This document shows positions 36,481 to 48,400 of a stretch of 64,000 nt of DNA, piece by piece (position 1 is the stretch's first letter; the number at the start of each line of letters is the position of its first letter). The position numbers and the translations under genes are program-made. The stretch comes from Camelus ferus. Its lineage: Eukaryota. The notes under the pieces are model-generated. The model had not been told where the DNA came from and did not search any database. It saw only the letters and a program-made list of their open reading frames with translations. The stretch spans positions 80,354,001 through 80,418,000 of the forward strand of contig NC_045696.1 in NCBI RefSeq assembly GCF_009834535.1, in the 5' to 3' direction.

Positions 36481-38573
36481 CTGCAAAACAAGACCCACGT
36501 ATGAGTTGATGGCCTTTTGTGAAAATGTAGTAGTAGCCACCATTCCTGATAAGGAAAAGCTCTAAGTGGTTTCCATGAAAATCAGCAGCTCCTATTCTTT
36601 TTTTTTCTGTTTAATACCCACAGGGCTCTCCTTCCATTTCCTTTACAAAGTTAAATACTATAATAACACGGGGTCATTTTTAATACTTAGTACTGCTGGC
36701 TAGACGACTTAATATCACTATGATTGCATTTGCTGATTGTGAGGTTTGGATGCTGGAAAGTACATGAAACCTGTGGTTGGCCCGGGGGGAGTGGTACCAG
36801 GAGACAGCGGACAGTGTGGAGCAAGCTGTCAAGTGGTCCTCCTGTGAGAAGCCTCTGGGACTGGCCGGGCCTGGGGAAGGCTGCTCAGCCGTGAGGTTCC
36901 CGGTCAGCCTGGGGTGCCGTTGACAAGTTTCTCCTAGTGAAACTCTCCCCTTACAGACAAGTCCTTTGGGTAAAGGCTGGATGTCTTCATGGAGCCCCAC
37001 TTAAAAGACAAAAATTCCCGAGAGAGGGACACATTACTGCAGAAACACTCAGTGTGACACAAGCTATCTGAATACTTCTCAGGATTAAAAAAACAGCAAG
37101 CGGGGCCACCAGAGGGGCCTGGGTGAGGCTGATGCCACCAGGTGAAGAGCACGGGACTGCCTCACCCGACTGCCCACCTGCCCCACAAATCTGGGCTGTT
37201 TCCTCCTCTGGTTTGCTCCCAATAATGACATTTTCCCAGTAGATTATTTTACAAAGGCCTTTACTCCACGAAGTTGTTTTAGGGAAAATACTTTTACCCT
37301 GTTCCATGATAGTTACTAAAGTAACTCCCACAAATGCCCTAAGCTGCTTATTAGGTTAGAGTTACAATGAAGTCACGTGTACTAGGGCCACGAAACAAAG
37401 GGGACTATTAAAGACAGCCATTCTGACATTACTGATTAGAGAACCGGCACTGAAAAGGCGACTGGGAACAAGGAAGACTGAGGAGATTCAATTAATCACT
37501 GACGTCATGTGCTGGCACAGTTGTGAACTGTAAGCAAAGAGTGGCATCTAACTTTTCATTCACCATCAGTGGTCAAGAGAGCCATGGAAATTCGAAATAT
37601 ACTTAGGTTTTCACAATAAGCCACTGCACATACGTGACTTCTCTTCTAGGTAGGTGAGATTTTTAGCAGAGAATATGATTTTTTTGTTAAGAACAGCTGT
37701 GTCCATCTCAAAGCATTCTCAGGTTTTCAGCTTAAAATAGGGACCGACCGATGTGAAAAACAAAACACTCCAGGTGGCTATCGTGGCACAGGATAAAAAG
37801 CAAGCTGCACACCTGCATCGCTTGTTTGTAAAAGTTACTGTTAACTCTTTCCTTTTTTGCCATATGTAACACTTTAAAAAAATTTCATAGTTACAGGAAT
37901 AATCAGAGTGGGGAGATATGTCATTTTTAAAGTTCTGATAACTATACTTTTTCCTATTAAAGCCTAATGCATTTTTTTAGAAAGAACATCTAAGAATTTT
38001 TTAAAAGGCACCATAGAAGGAATTTGATCTGTAACATTGTCCCACTTTACTTCACCTAATGTGACCAGCAGTGAATAAATAATCAGACTCAGAAATCATG
38101 ACAAAAATAAAAAGGTATTTTCCAAACTTGTTATAAAGTGTGACACTCTTCATTAGCCCACAATACTGTATTTTGCCTCCATTGTACCTGAGAATTTCTA
38201 GATTACCAAACTCATTTGCTGTCTCCAACTTATCCTTCCTGCTGATTGCTTCTGACACTTCCTCTGCTTATAAGAATTTCCAGAGAAAGTGTGCCGAGAG
38301 ATGAGAAACATATTTATTCTATTAATTAGGGCGACTGGCTTAAAGGCATGACTAGAAAATTTGAAAAACATGATGAAGATGTACATTTCAAGCAGACTCT
38401 GATCCCTGATGCTGTGTTTGAAAGAAAAAAACTGTCAATATGTGATTAAGTATAATCATAAATGTAGTTTAATAGAATTAGACAATTGCCCACTATTATT
38501 ACACAGATGTTTATCTTATTAGAAAATAGGATTTGCTACTGGATTTGAATGAAACAAGTTCCAAAAACCTCAC

Positions 38574-38645
38574 CTTCAGAATTTCCATCAGTAATCTCCA
38601 GCAAGTACTTGAGTATTTCTGAACCACCATTGTCCTTTGGAGGAT
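38574..38645 (-). CDS. FNDC3B: FNDC3B coding exon (~exon 16), 72 nt, phase 1->1
   Basis: ttgcAG|AT CCT ... GAA G|GTgagg; (D)PPKDNGGSEILKYLLEITDGNSE; branch-point-like TAACTAAC ~24 nt upstream. Confidence 0.96.
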
Positions 38646-38696
38646 CTGCAAAATAAGCAAATGCCTTGTTAGTTATAAAAGCATATTGATTCTTGA

Positions 38697-39066
38697 GGGA
38701 GGTGCCAAGATGGCAGAGAGACTCACAGCTCGCCCTCTCCCACAAATACACCAAGAATTACATCTACAAACCCACTGAATCGCACAGAACACCTACTGAA
38801 CTCTGGCAGAGTGTTTCTCGCTTCAAAATACAGGAGGAGTCTCACAAAATTTGATAAACAAGTTTATACTATACAGCACAGGGAACTATAGTCAATATCT
38901 TGTAGTAATTTATGGTGAAAAAGAATATGAAAGCAAATATATGTATGTTCATGTATGACTGAAGTATTATGCTGTATACCAGAAGCTGACATAGCATTGT
39001 AAACGGACTATACTTCAATAAAAATATATGTACCCCTCCAAACAAACAAACAAAATGTTAAAAAAA
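38697..39066 (+). mobile_element. Bipartite L1-derived insertion (5'UTR fused to 3'UTR) with poly(A) and 20-bp TSD
   Basis: 5' gggaggtgccaagatggc (YY1-like L1 start); cacaaatac...cagaacacctactgaac; 3'UTR from 38854; AATAAA 39017-39022; TSD 38677-38696 vs 39067-39086 (18/20). Confidence 0.88.
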
Positions 39067-40797
39067 AAAAGCATATGGATTTTTGATGGTAAATATTATT
39101 AGAACACATAGAATCATACAACATTATATTGCCTCAATTCTGGATTCAACCAAAAGGCACAATAATTATTATTTCACTCAACTCCTTTCTTGAAAAACAG
39201 AAGAAACAAACAAAAACACCATAAAACCTTCTAATTATTCAAGGTTTGTAGAGCTAGAAATGTCAAAGAGTTAGCATTTATTCAGTGAAACACGAATAAA
39301 ACTCAAAACATGAATTTATTTTCCTAAGAGTTATGCTCATGTATTTATTTTGAGAATTCTGAAGCCTGCTCTGCAGTATTTACATAAGATGAACCATTCA
39401 TATATTTCTTTTTGTAAAATGATTTTATTCTTTCTTATTTCACTTGTATCATCAGTGACCAGGTCCTTCTGACAGATGGAGAGGGAAAGAAAGGGCAGTG
39501 CAGAGCTTACCGACAAAATAAATAAAACATCGGAATATAATAAATCTGGTCCATCACAGTTTGCTGCTAAGCAAACTTTATGTACCTAGGGTATCTGTCT
39601 GCAAATTCTGGGCCTGCAAGAGTTTTCTTTTCTGAGTGTAAAAACACCTTGCATTATAATTTTACAAGACTATACAGAATTCACCTCTACTATCAACTGG
39701 GCACCTCTATATTTTAGATACACCCTCAGGTTATTCACACAGACTTGGAAACTAATTCCAACTCCTTTCACTTGGTCTTTCCATTAATAGATACATACTT
39801 CAGATATTTACAGCAATAATTAAAAACATATACAGCATATAGTATGGCTAATCAAAGTAAATATTCAGTGCTGACAGAAATTTCTAAGATTTTCTGAGAA
39901 AAAAGCTTTAGATCTGGCAAAAAGCACACCTAGATTTTTACAGTTTCTCTTAATGATATCCATCTTCCAGGGAGTAATTCTGTCTCAAAATTGCTAGGTA
40001 ACTTAAAGCAGTTACATGTCTCAGTGGTTGGTCTCCAATAATGATTTAATAATGTTTTAAACTCCTTTTATATCACTTGACTGCCAGGTAAAATCTTATT
40101 TTAGATTACTACTTTGTTTTTTCGCCTGTTAGGTAGTTACTATTATTATATGATACTAGTGATAACCATACACATCACAACAGTTTCACATACGATTGCA
40201 AATGTTTCTCAACATTCTAATGGCAGTTATTTCACTGAAATAACCCATGTAGCAGGTGAGCCACAATATCCTTCCTTCTACCAGGTTTCCACAAACACCA
40301 CATGATAAACTTTAATACGAAAAATTCCTGAAGTTTAAGACTTCTGATTACATACAAACAACAGCAAAAACTAACATTTTCCTAATTCATTATAGCTTAA
40401 ACATTCTGTTTATCAAAATTTAATTAAGATGACATATCTAAATTTTGAAATTTATTTTCAATATTAACTTTATAAATCAATTTTTGTATTAAAAATTGCT
40501 GCTTTTTAAGCTACTGAAGAATGAAATATATATTCAGAGATCACTATATTCAAATAATACATCAAAATATAGGAGGAAAAACATTTAATAGCATAAAATC
40601 ATAAATTAAATGCTCTTAAAATTGTCATATTTACCAATCTGTCGAATTCTCAGGATGTTTCTCATACATATATTCCAAATGTGAACAACTCCCTCAGATA
40701 CTATGGTTTGTTTATTATCGGTTTGTCACTACTGAAATTAATCAGTTTTTTAAAAACCCGTCAAAAAAGCAGCAGCAGTGACAGCAATAAAACATAC

Positions 40798-40936
40798 CCC
40801 ACTTGACACAAAAGCCATGAGATGTAACTGGTCCTTTAATGAGGGGTCTTGTAGGAGGTCCAGGCCTGTCGGGACTCGTCGTACAAACCAAAACTTCACT
40901 CGGGCAGCTTTTCCCTTCCATATTAGAAGCAGTCAG
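40798..40936 (-). CDS. FNDC3B: FNDC3B coding exon (~exon 15), 139 nt, phase 0->1
   Basis: ttacAG|CTG ACT ... TGG G|GTatgt; LTASNMEGKSCPSEVLVCTTSPDRPGPPTRPLIKGPVTSHGFCVKW. Confidence 0.96.
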
Positions 40937-42114
40937 CTGTAACACAACCGAGAAGACATTAACACGCTTTAGATATAAATTAGGTATGAAAGCAGCGCCG
41001 ACTTTCAATATGGCAAGATCAACGTATCCATAAACTCGCAGACACGCCCATATTCTCTCCTCTCTCAATCTCAAACTACTAATTTATAAGCTTTTCTTTA
41101 ATGGAATACTCATTTTCTGTATGGTTTAGCTATTAACAATTGAAAATAAAACAGTAAGGTGGGTTTTAGCTAAAGACACTTTCACCCTTTCAAGAGGACA
41201 AAACAAAACCAGTAATGTCACCATCCGGTTCATACTGTTTTATAGAAGGAAAACATGAGAAAAGCAGATAACAATAACCTTGCTTATTTCGGAGCAGGGC
41301 AACGCCACCTTGTGGAGAAACGTCAGCAGTATACCTAGTTCTCACAGCCAGCATCAGACAACAAGGGGCTTTAAAAATATCAAAAACTATCATTGTCCTC
41401 TAATAGTCACACATCCCACTTGACAGTCTGACCACTGTTTACCGAGTGACTACTACATGTCAAGTGACACCATGTGGCCCACAAAGTAAGAGAAGGAAAG
41501 GTGGACTCATAAAACATAGCCATCTCTCCAAAGTTCACACTGTCGCTCCAGGAAGTGCGAGCTGTGTGGGCTCAGTAACCAGCAGGGCAGCCCGGTGGCC
41601 TGCAGGGACAACACAGACCCACAGTGGCATCAATGGTGGTTGTTAATGCCCAAAGCAGAGCCTACGCTGGGGCGGGGGTGGGGGTGTGGGGGGGGTGGGA
41701 GTGGGAAACAGAATTAAAAAGAAAAGTGGGTGAGAAGGAGAAAATGTGCAGAAGACCAAAGGAACACGGAGAGTAAAAGGGATATCCGATTAAAAGGAGA
41801 AACTGTGCAGAGAAAGGTGTGAAGAGCTGGTGAGAGATGGGTGCGCTGGGCACCTGGCTGGGCCCTCCTGGGCAAGGGCCTCTGGCCACGCTGCAATGCA
41901 ATTTATTACGAAACACTATGACACTTTTCTTTCTCAAAAGTGGGTTTTAAGATTAAAGTACAGTGTGTATATTTTATAAATGTTACTTTCGAAGCATAAA
42001 GAGCAGCGAACTTAAAAAAATTTTAACCCATGGAGTCGGTTTAAAACAGTAAAGTGGTGAAACATAAAACAGCTTCATTTTTAAGCAGTTCAGGTACCAA
42101 AGTGACTGACTCAC

Positions 42115-42201
42115 CCTGAATTTATACTGTGTGCTTCTTTTGAGATTTTTCACAGTACAGGTTAAATCCTCTCCAGTGTATTTTGGGTGGAAAAGGTTAT
42201 C
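42115..42201 (-). CDS. FNDC3B: FNDC3B coding exon (~exon 14), 87 nt, phase 0->0
   Basis: tttcAG|GAT AAC ... TTC AGG|GTgagt; DNLFHPKYTGEDLTCTVKNLKRSTQYKFR. Confidence 0.96.
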
Positions 42202-42829
42202 CTGAAAAGGCAAAGCCAGAAAGAAATATCAGTATCATAAAACCTGGGCATTAAATACCTTGTATGTAGGGATTTTATATTGCCTCCTTCCATCATCACC
42301 AGTGGGGCAACTATAGCATTTAAAAAAAAAAAAAAAAAAAAAGAGTGTCAGAATCCCAAGGTGCTTTAAGTAAAAATGTACCTCTACCACACTGTAATGT
42401 GCCCTGGATCTGGGCAGCTTTATTGTAGACTAACTTCAAAGAGAACAACGCTCTTTGAGAGAGTGTAAATTTGCTTTGGAATAGATGCCACCATGTGCTC
42501 TTCTCACAGAGCAAACTTTTTTCTGGATAAGCGTTTTAAATGAAAAATTTAACCACCAAAAAATCCTATGTGACGAAGCAGTATGTACTTAAAAAAATTT
42601 TTTTTTTATTTGACAACTCTGTCATGAAAAAAGGCTCTTGTACTGAGGACCTCATTGTCAAGTTGCGCTGTGCTATGTAATAAACCGGGCCTGTGGTTTC
42701 TGACACAGTGTCCTCTTCCGGCCAAGGGGGAAAGGACAGCTTTCACAGGGAAGACATAATCCTTCAAGGGGATAAATATCCCACTGAAAATTGAATGTAT
42801 AGAATTCAGTCAACAGTATTCTCAATCAT

Positions 42830-43870
42830 GCCTGCATCCACCCACCCAATCCTGGAGCACTTTCTGTGCATCACACTCTTGGGAGTTAGCACTGCCCAAG
42901 AACAGACCTAGCCTTATCTGTAGGAAACACAGGACAGGGGGAGAAAGCAGTTAAAAAACTGCACACATAAATACGAAGCAGGTCACATGGTGTTAAGTGC
43001 TATGAGATGAAAAATACAGCAGAGTAAGAGGGCAGAGGGGTGGAGCTGGGGGGTGCGGCTCTCCGAGCTGTGCAGGTTCAGCAAGGCAGCCACTGTGGCT
43101 CTTTCAATTTAAATTAAATACAATTAAAAATTCAGTTCCTTGGGCCCACAGCCACATTTTAAGAGCTTGACAGCCATGCGTGGCTAGGCGCTATCTTACT
43201 GGACAGCACAAATTACAGGGCATTTCCATCATCGCAGAACGTTCTTTTGGCCAGTGCTGTTTTACAGGGTGGTCAGGGAAGGGCTCTCCAGAGAGGTGAC
43301 ATGTGAGAAGAGACCTGAGGGAAATGAGGGAAGTGACTCACACGTATCTGAAGGGGCCTGCTGGGCAGAGGCCCTGCGGGAGGGCACTCTCGGTGCGGTC
43401 AGTGAGACTGCAGGGGCAGGAGCAAGGGCAGAAATGAAGACCCCGAAACGCAGGGCCTGGGAGCATGGTAAGGACACTGAAGAGGACACATGGTAAGAGA
43501 GGGGAAGGCACCGAGATGGGAAGGGTTCTGAGCAGAGCACTGGCACGATCATATTTGTATTTAACAGGTTCTCTGGCTTTGTGTGCTGAACAGACTAGTG
43601 TAGCAAGAATGAAGGTGGGGAAAATACTTACGAGGCCATTCTAATAACCCAGGGGGGAGACAATGTGGCTCAAAAAGGGTAGTAATTGTGGAGATGCTGA
43701 GAAATGGTCAGATTTCTGGATAACTTTAGAAGGAAGATTTAAAGGGATTTGCTGACTGATTATCCATGAGGTCAAGGATGACTCCAAGAGTTTCCAGCTT
43801 CCTCAACTGAAAGGTCGGGGATGCCAGTACTGAGATGGGGAGACTGTGGGTGGGAAGGACAAGTTTCTGC
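42830..43870 (-). mobile_element. L2 LINE fragment (interrupted by MER3)
   Basis: agggtggtcagggaagggctctccagagaggtgacatgtgag; gggaagggttctgagcaga; ggatttgctga...gaggtcaaggatgactccaag. Confidence 0.85.
43068..43259 (-). mobile_element. MER3 hAT-Charlie element nested in L2
   Basis: aaaattcagttcc...gccacatttt...tggacagcac...catttccatcatcgcagaacgttcttttggccagtgctg matches antisense MER3. Confidence 0.85.
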
Positions 43871-44006
43871 TGGTGGTTGCAGTAGTAGAAATTAAACGTT
43901 TGGTATCAAATTTAGGTAGCAAATCTAATTTCACGGTGCACCCTGTAGTTATGATCAAACTGACTTTACAGAACACACACAAGGATATAAAATGTGCCAA
44001 ACTTAC

Positions 44007-44181
44007 ATTTTCATCTTCCTGGATTTCCAAGGTGTAGGTGATTACTTCCTCAGGTGAACAACCTTCTGGTTTATTCCACTGCAGTGTGACCCATGTGACT
44101 CCAGCGCGAACAAGTCTTGGTGCAGAGGGCATCTGAGGAATGTTTCCCAGCGTGTAGCAGACCACCTCTTGACTATACCCA
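44007..44181 (-). CDS. FNDC3B: FNDC3B coding exon (~exon 13), 175 nt, phase 2->0
   Basis: ctccAG|T GGG ... GAA AAT|GTaagt; GYSQEVVCYTLGNIPQMPSAPRLVRAGVTWVTLQWNKPEGCSPEEVITYTLEIQEDEN. Confidence 0.97.
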
Positions 44182-45328
44182 CTGGAGAGAAAAAGACCTG
44201 GCGTGACACATTCAGGAGCCTGGGAGGAGTCTCGGCATTTCAAAAGAGCAGGGATAAACCCACCTACTTGCGCAGCTTGCTGGGGTTGGAAGGTCTAGGG
44301 CCTGACAGGTTCAGCGAGCAAAGGCAGGCAAGGATCCCTTGTGTGATACTCCCCACCTGGACTTCAGTTTGCCCAATTCCCCCCTTTATTCTGCTACTAG
44401 AAAAGCACACACTGTTATAGGCCAATATACTTAAGTTTATTTCCCCCGCAAAAGCACCCAGCAGAAATAACTATCCCTTGATAGAATAAAGCTTTTACAA
44501 ATATATATAGTGCTATTTTCCAAAAGTTTGTGGATGCTTCTAGTTCATTTACAAATTCTTGAACTGGAGAAGCCTTTATCATTGTAACTTTTCAACTAGA
44601 GGACTCTAAAAATACAACGGTTATCATGGGTAGGAAAGGAGAGCTGAAAGCCCTGTGATGTTTAGAAGTTTCTTAGGCTGGAAAAAAAGGTTGAGACCAA
44701 TGATGTGCCGAACCTCTAAGAAGATTTTCAACAAGCAGTGATGAAAGAAAAAGGTTTTTCCCTTAATCAAGAGTTACCCAGGAAGTGCCACTGAAATACG
44801 GTCTTTTCAAAGCATCTTTAATCCATTGATGCTTCACCATAAACTTGTTCTCGCTTTTCTCTAGCAGCTTGGAGGCAAGCCGTGTGCCCGCATGGTCCAG
44901 ATTTGATCCTCCAGTCCTGTGAGTATCTGCTGGGGGCTGACAACAATGGATGGCCCAGCACCTCTTTCTTTGTATCAGGAAACACTCACACATAATTGAA
45001 AAAGGCAACTCAATGAGTAGCTTGCTAAAGTGATGAAAGAAAATGGCACATGATCTGAAAAAATAAAGCCCCCAGAGGATTCCTTTCAAAATCCATAGTT
45101 ACCTTCCTCTTGAGTCTCAGAGGCCCCTAGTGGGTCTTTGCATTACAGCCTGCAACACCGCAAAGAGGCCACGGGCCTTCTAGCCTCTGATTAGGATTCC
45201 CTTTTGGAAAATCTCCAACTGGTTCAGCAAGGAGGCAGGAGGCATCCCCGGCCTTTCAGCCACGTGAGAGGAAGACTCAGGAACGCCACACAGACACTTA
45301 AAGGCATGAGGACAAGGAAGCGCCTTAC

Positions 45329-45453
45329 CTGGTGCCAATGTCATTCCGAGCAGCCAGCCTGAATGTGTACCCCATTGCCGGACAAAGCTTTGTCAACTTG
45401 CAGTGCTTTTGGCTCCCAAAGAAGCACTGTCTGAAGCCACTGTTTCTTTTCCC
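45329..45453 (-). CDS. FNDC3B: FNDC3B coding exon (~exon 12), 125 nt, phase 0->2
   Basis: ttttAG|GGG AAA ... ACC AG|GTaagg; GKRNSGFRQCFFGSQKHCKLTKLCPAMGYTFRLAARNDIGT(S). Confidence 0.96.
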
Positions 45454-48400
45454 CTAAAAGAAAACAGTGAAACAAAGCTCATACATTTTAAAAATAATGA
45501 GAACATGAAGGAGCATTTTGAGTAACTATTTAATTTCCTAGTTTGGATGAACAAAACCAAGAGAAGGAAAGTGGTCTACGATGAAATGTCATCCTTAACG
45601 TAAAGGCACTACAGAAAATTCTCTAACTGAGAAGGGTAATAACTACTCGTGGCGTCTCTAAAGCGGCCTTTGCTTAGCAGAATAAAAAAGGCCCTTTCAG
45701 TCACAAGGCAATCCTCGTTAGGGATCACAGTTTCTCAGATCTTCCTCATTTGATCAAACTGCCCATCCTGACCCGTAAGAGTAAGTCTGCAGCCTCACAG
45801 AGTCACTAGCTTTTGACCAGCACGGCCTGCCCCAGATGGCCCAGCACCTGAGGACCAGTCTGCGCAGCTCCACAAGCCACAGAAAGTCCCCCCTGGTCTT
45901 CTCTCTCCTCTCCTGCCTGGCCGTGGCCCCCAGCGCCACACATGTCCATTCCGGCTGGTGAGCTGCTTGTTTACTCATCCCAGAATATCGGGCACATGCC
46001 TTTGACTCATCTTGTCCACATCTGGTCTCCTCACAGCAGTGCTTTGGACGATCTGGGAGTTCAATCAAGGCTTGCAGAGCTGAACTGAATGATAAGCACT
46101 AGAAACATCAGCTGAATTCATCTATATGTATTACAGCCATTCTTAAGTTTCTTATGAGGCTGGAAATATATCTTTAATGCATTCCTAGCCTTACATGATG
46201 CTTTAAATCCCTTGGAGTAAAAAGAAAACACTCCAGTGGGTTCTCTTAATAGATCTTAGGGGGAAAAAAAAACTTAATTGCCCTCTGCCTTGCTCAGAGG
46301 CATGGAATACTCGTATCAGCAGTTTTCTAGACTATTTCATGCCCATAATCCACAGTATTTTATCTGTGTTCATGCAAAAGAAAACCACATGCTAACACTG
46401 AATCAATCTTACTTATTAGCATTCTAATCAGACAGCTGGGCCCAGGACTTTTAGGAATATGTTTGAAGTTCTCAATTTATTACATAAAAAACAAAGAAAG
46501 TACATTTTTCTCCTAAGCAAATTTAAGCATTTCCTTCCTTTAAGCAGGTCTCCAAATGCTTACTACTAAAAACATCCCAGGTGAAGATTAATTAAAAATA
46601 AACACACAACTAGTCTGAAGTATCACTAGGCCGAACAGATTAAAAACACCATGCCACATTCATTTTCCAAGTGACTCTTCCCGATTCTCCCTCCCAAGGA
46701 AGGGAGTGGAAGTCCTGTCAGTCTAAGATCCAAAGTTCATGTTATCAAGAGTTCAAAGTACATTCAGGTGCAACAATGGAAAACTGGGGGCAGGGAGGTG
46801 GGAAGGTGAGCAGTAAAGCATGGTTTTCAGCTGCTACTTGAGCAAAGTCACTCAGTGGCTGGCAAATCACGCCCTTACGCTTACTTTAACCTTGAGTGTT
46901 AAGGTTGCTGCAGACAATTTATTCATAGAAAAACCGTTTCTGCATACATTTGCATAATTACATCCAGAGTCTGATTACACTCTGTGCACTGCACGCCCTG
47001 GTATATTCTGTATCCATTTCAGGCAGTAGCGTGATCTACCTTCTTTCCTCCTCTATTTCTGAGCTCAGAGTAAACAGTGTAAGAAAGGCACATCCTGTCG
47101 CCACAGAAGCCTCATCCATTCCAAACCCAATGTTGGCTCTCCTTCAATGCCTCATTTTTCCTATTTCTTTGTTTGGTCTCATTTGCCCATTTCTGGTGCT
47201 TAGAACTTCAGCCAAAGATAAAAGTCAGACTGTTCCTTACTAGGTTGATTTGCTTTAATTTGGTGAAAACCAGACTGTGGTTTAAATGAGAAAAAAAGAA
47301 TGGGAAGGCATCAAGGATAGGAATTAAGACTTTTATTTTAAGAGGCCACAGCACCAGGGGGGGATCACGAAAGATTTGGGAGAAGGGCATTCTGTGATCT
47401 TCAAGATGTTTTGCTGTATTGCCAACACTTAAAATTTTTTTTTTTACTTCAGGATCAAGAACAATTGCTAAATAAATAACTTGTTTAGATAAATCATGCC
47501 AAATTTTCAATCTTAATACCTTCCAAGATATACTACTATGTGTGTGGACCTCAAGAACACAGAGAAAGACCCAGAGTTATTGGACCTTTAGAATCAAGTT
47601 TTAGAAATAGAATCAGTAGAGTCTGAAGGGGTAAGATTGTACAAATATTTCATAGAGTTTAAAAAGTAAAGTTTATTGGAATTTTTAGAAGTCACTGAGT
47701 ATAAAAAGAAAAAAAAGGGAAAGTAGGTTAACAAATTATTTCAGACATGAGAAGATTTTGAATAAAAGAAAATTTCTGTGTTTGACATGGAGTTTAATAT
47801 AAAAGGGGTATCTAGGAAGAAAGAAAATTAATATTCACAAAAGTCACTGCAGTGCAGAAGTAATCTACTGTGGAGAGATCGGCAAGTGCGGCTGGAGAAC
47901 GCCATGGGTTCCAGCACTGGGGGGCTCACGTGTCACCCTGCCTGGCTCTCGCATGGCTTTAGGCTTAGGCATTAGAGTAAGTACATGATCAAAGGCATGG
48001 GCGATGTGAAGAATCTGTTTGTAAACCAAGTGGGATCCCGGGTTGCAAATAGCATTTATAAATAAAATATTATCCAGTTCTTCTTGTTGACAGAAATGGA
48101 TAGAGTTTAAAAAAGAAAAAAAGATAATGCTTTGGAAGATTAAAAGATTCAGAGAAGCTGACAGGAGTGATACCGTGAATGTTTATCATTGTTTATCAGA
48201 AATTAAATCTGTCCAAACCACTCCTGTCAGTCAAGTTTTACAAATGGTAAATCACAACTTCCATATTTGATACATAGCGTGGCACCAAATGATTTTGAGA
48301 TATTATAATCTATGGCATGTTATTCCCTCTCCTAATAAAATCTAATTTAAAGTACACAGGATTACTGAGACTTACTAGCTTTGCTTGGAAAGGCAACTTA

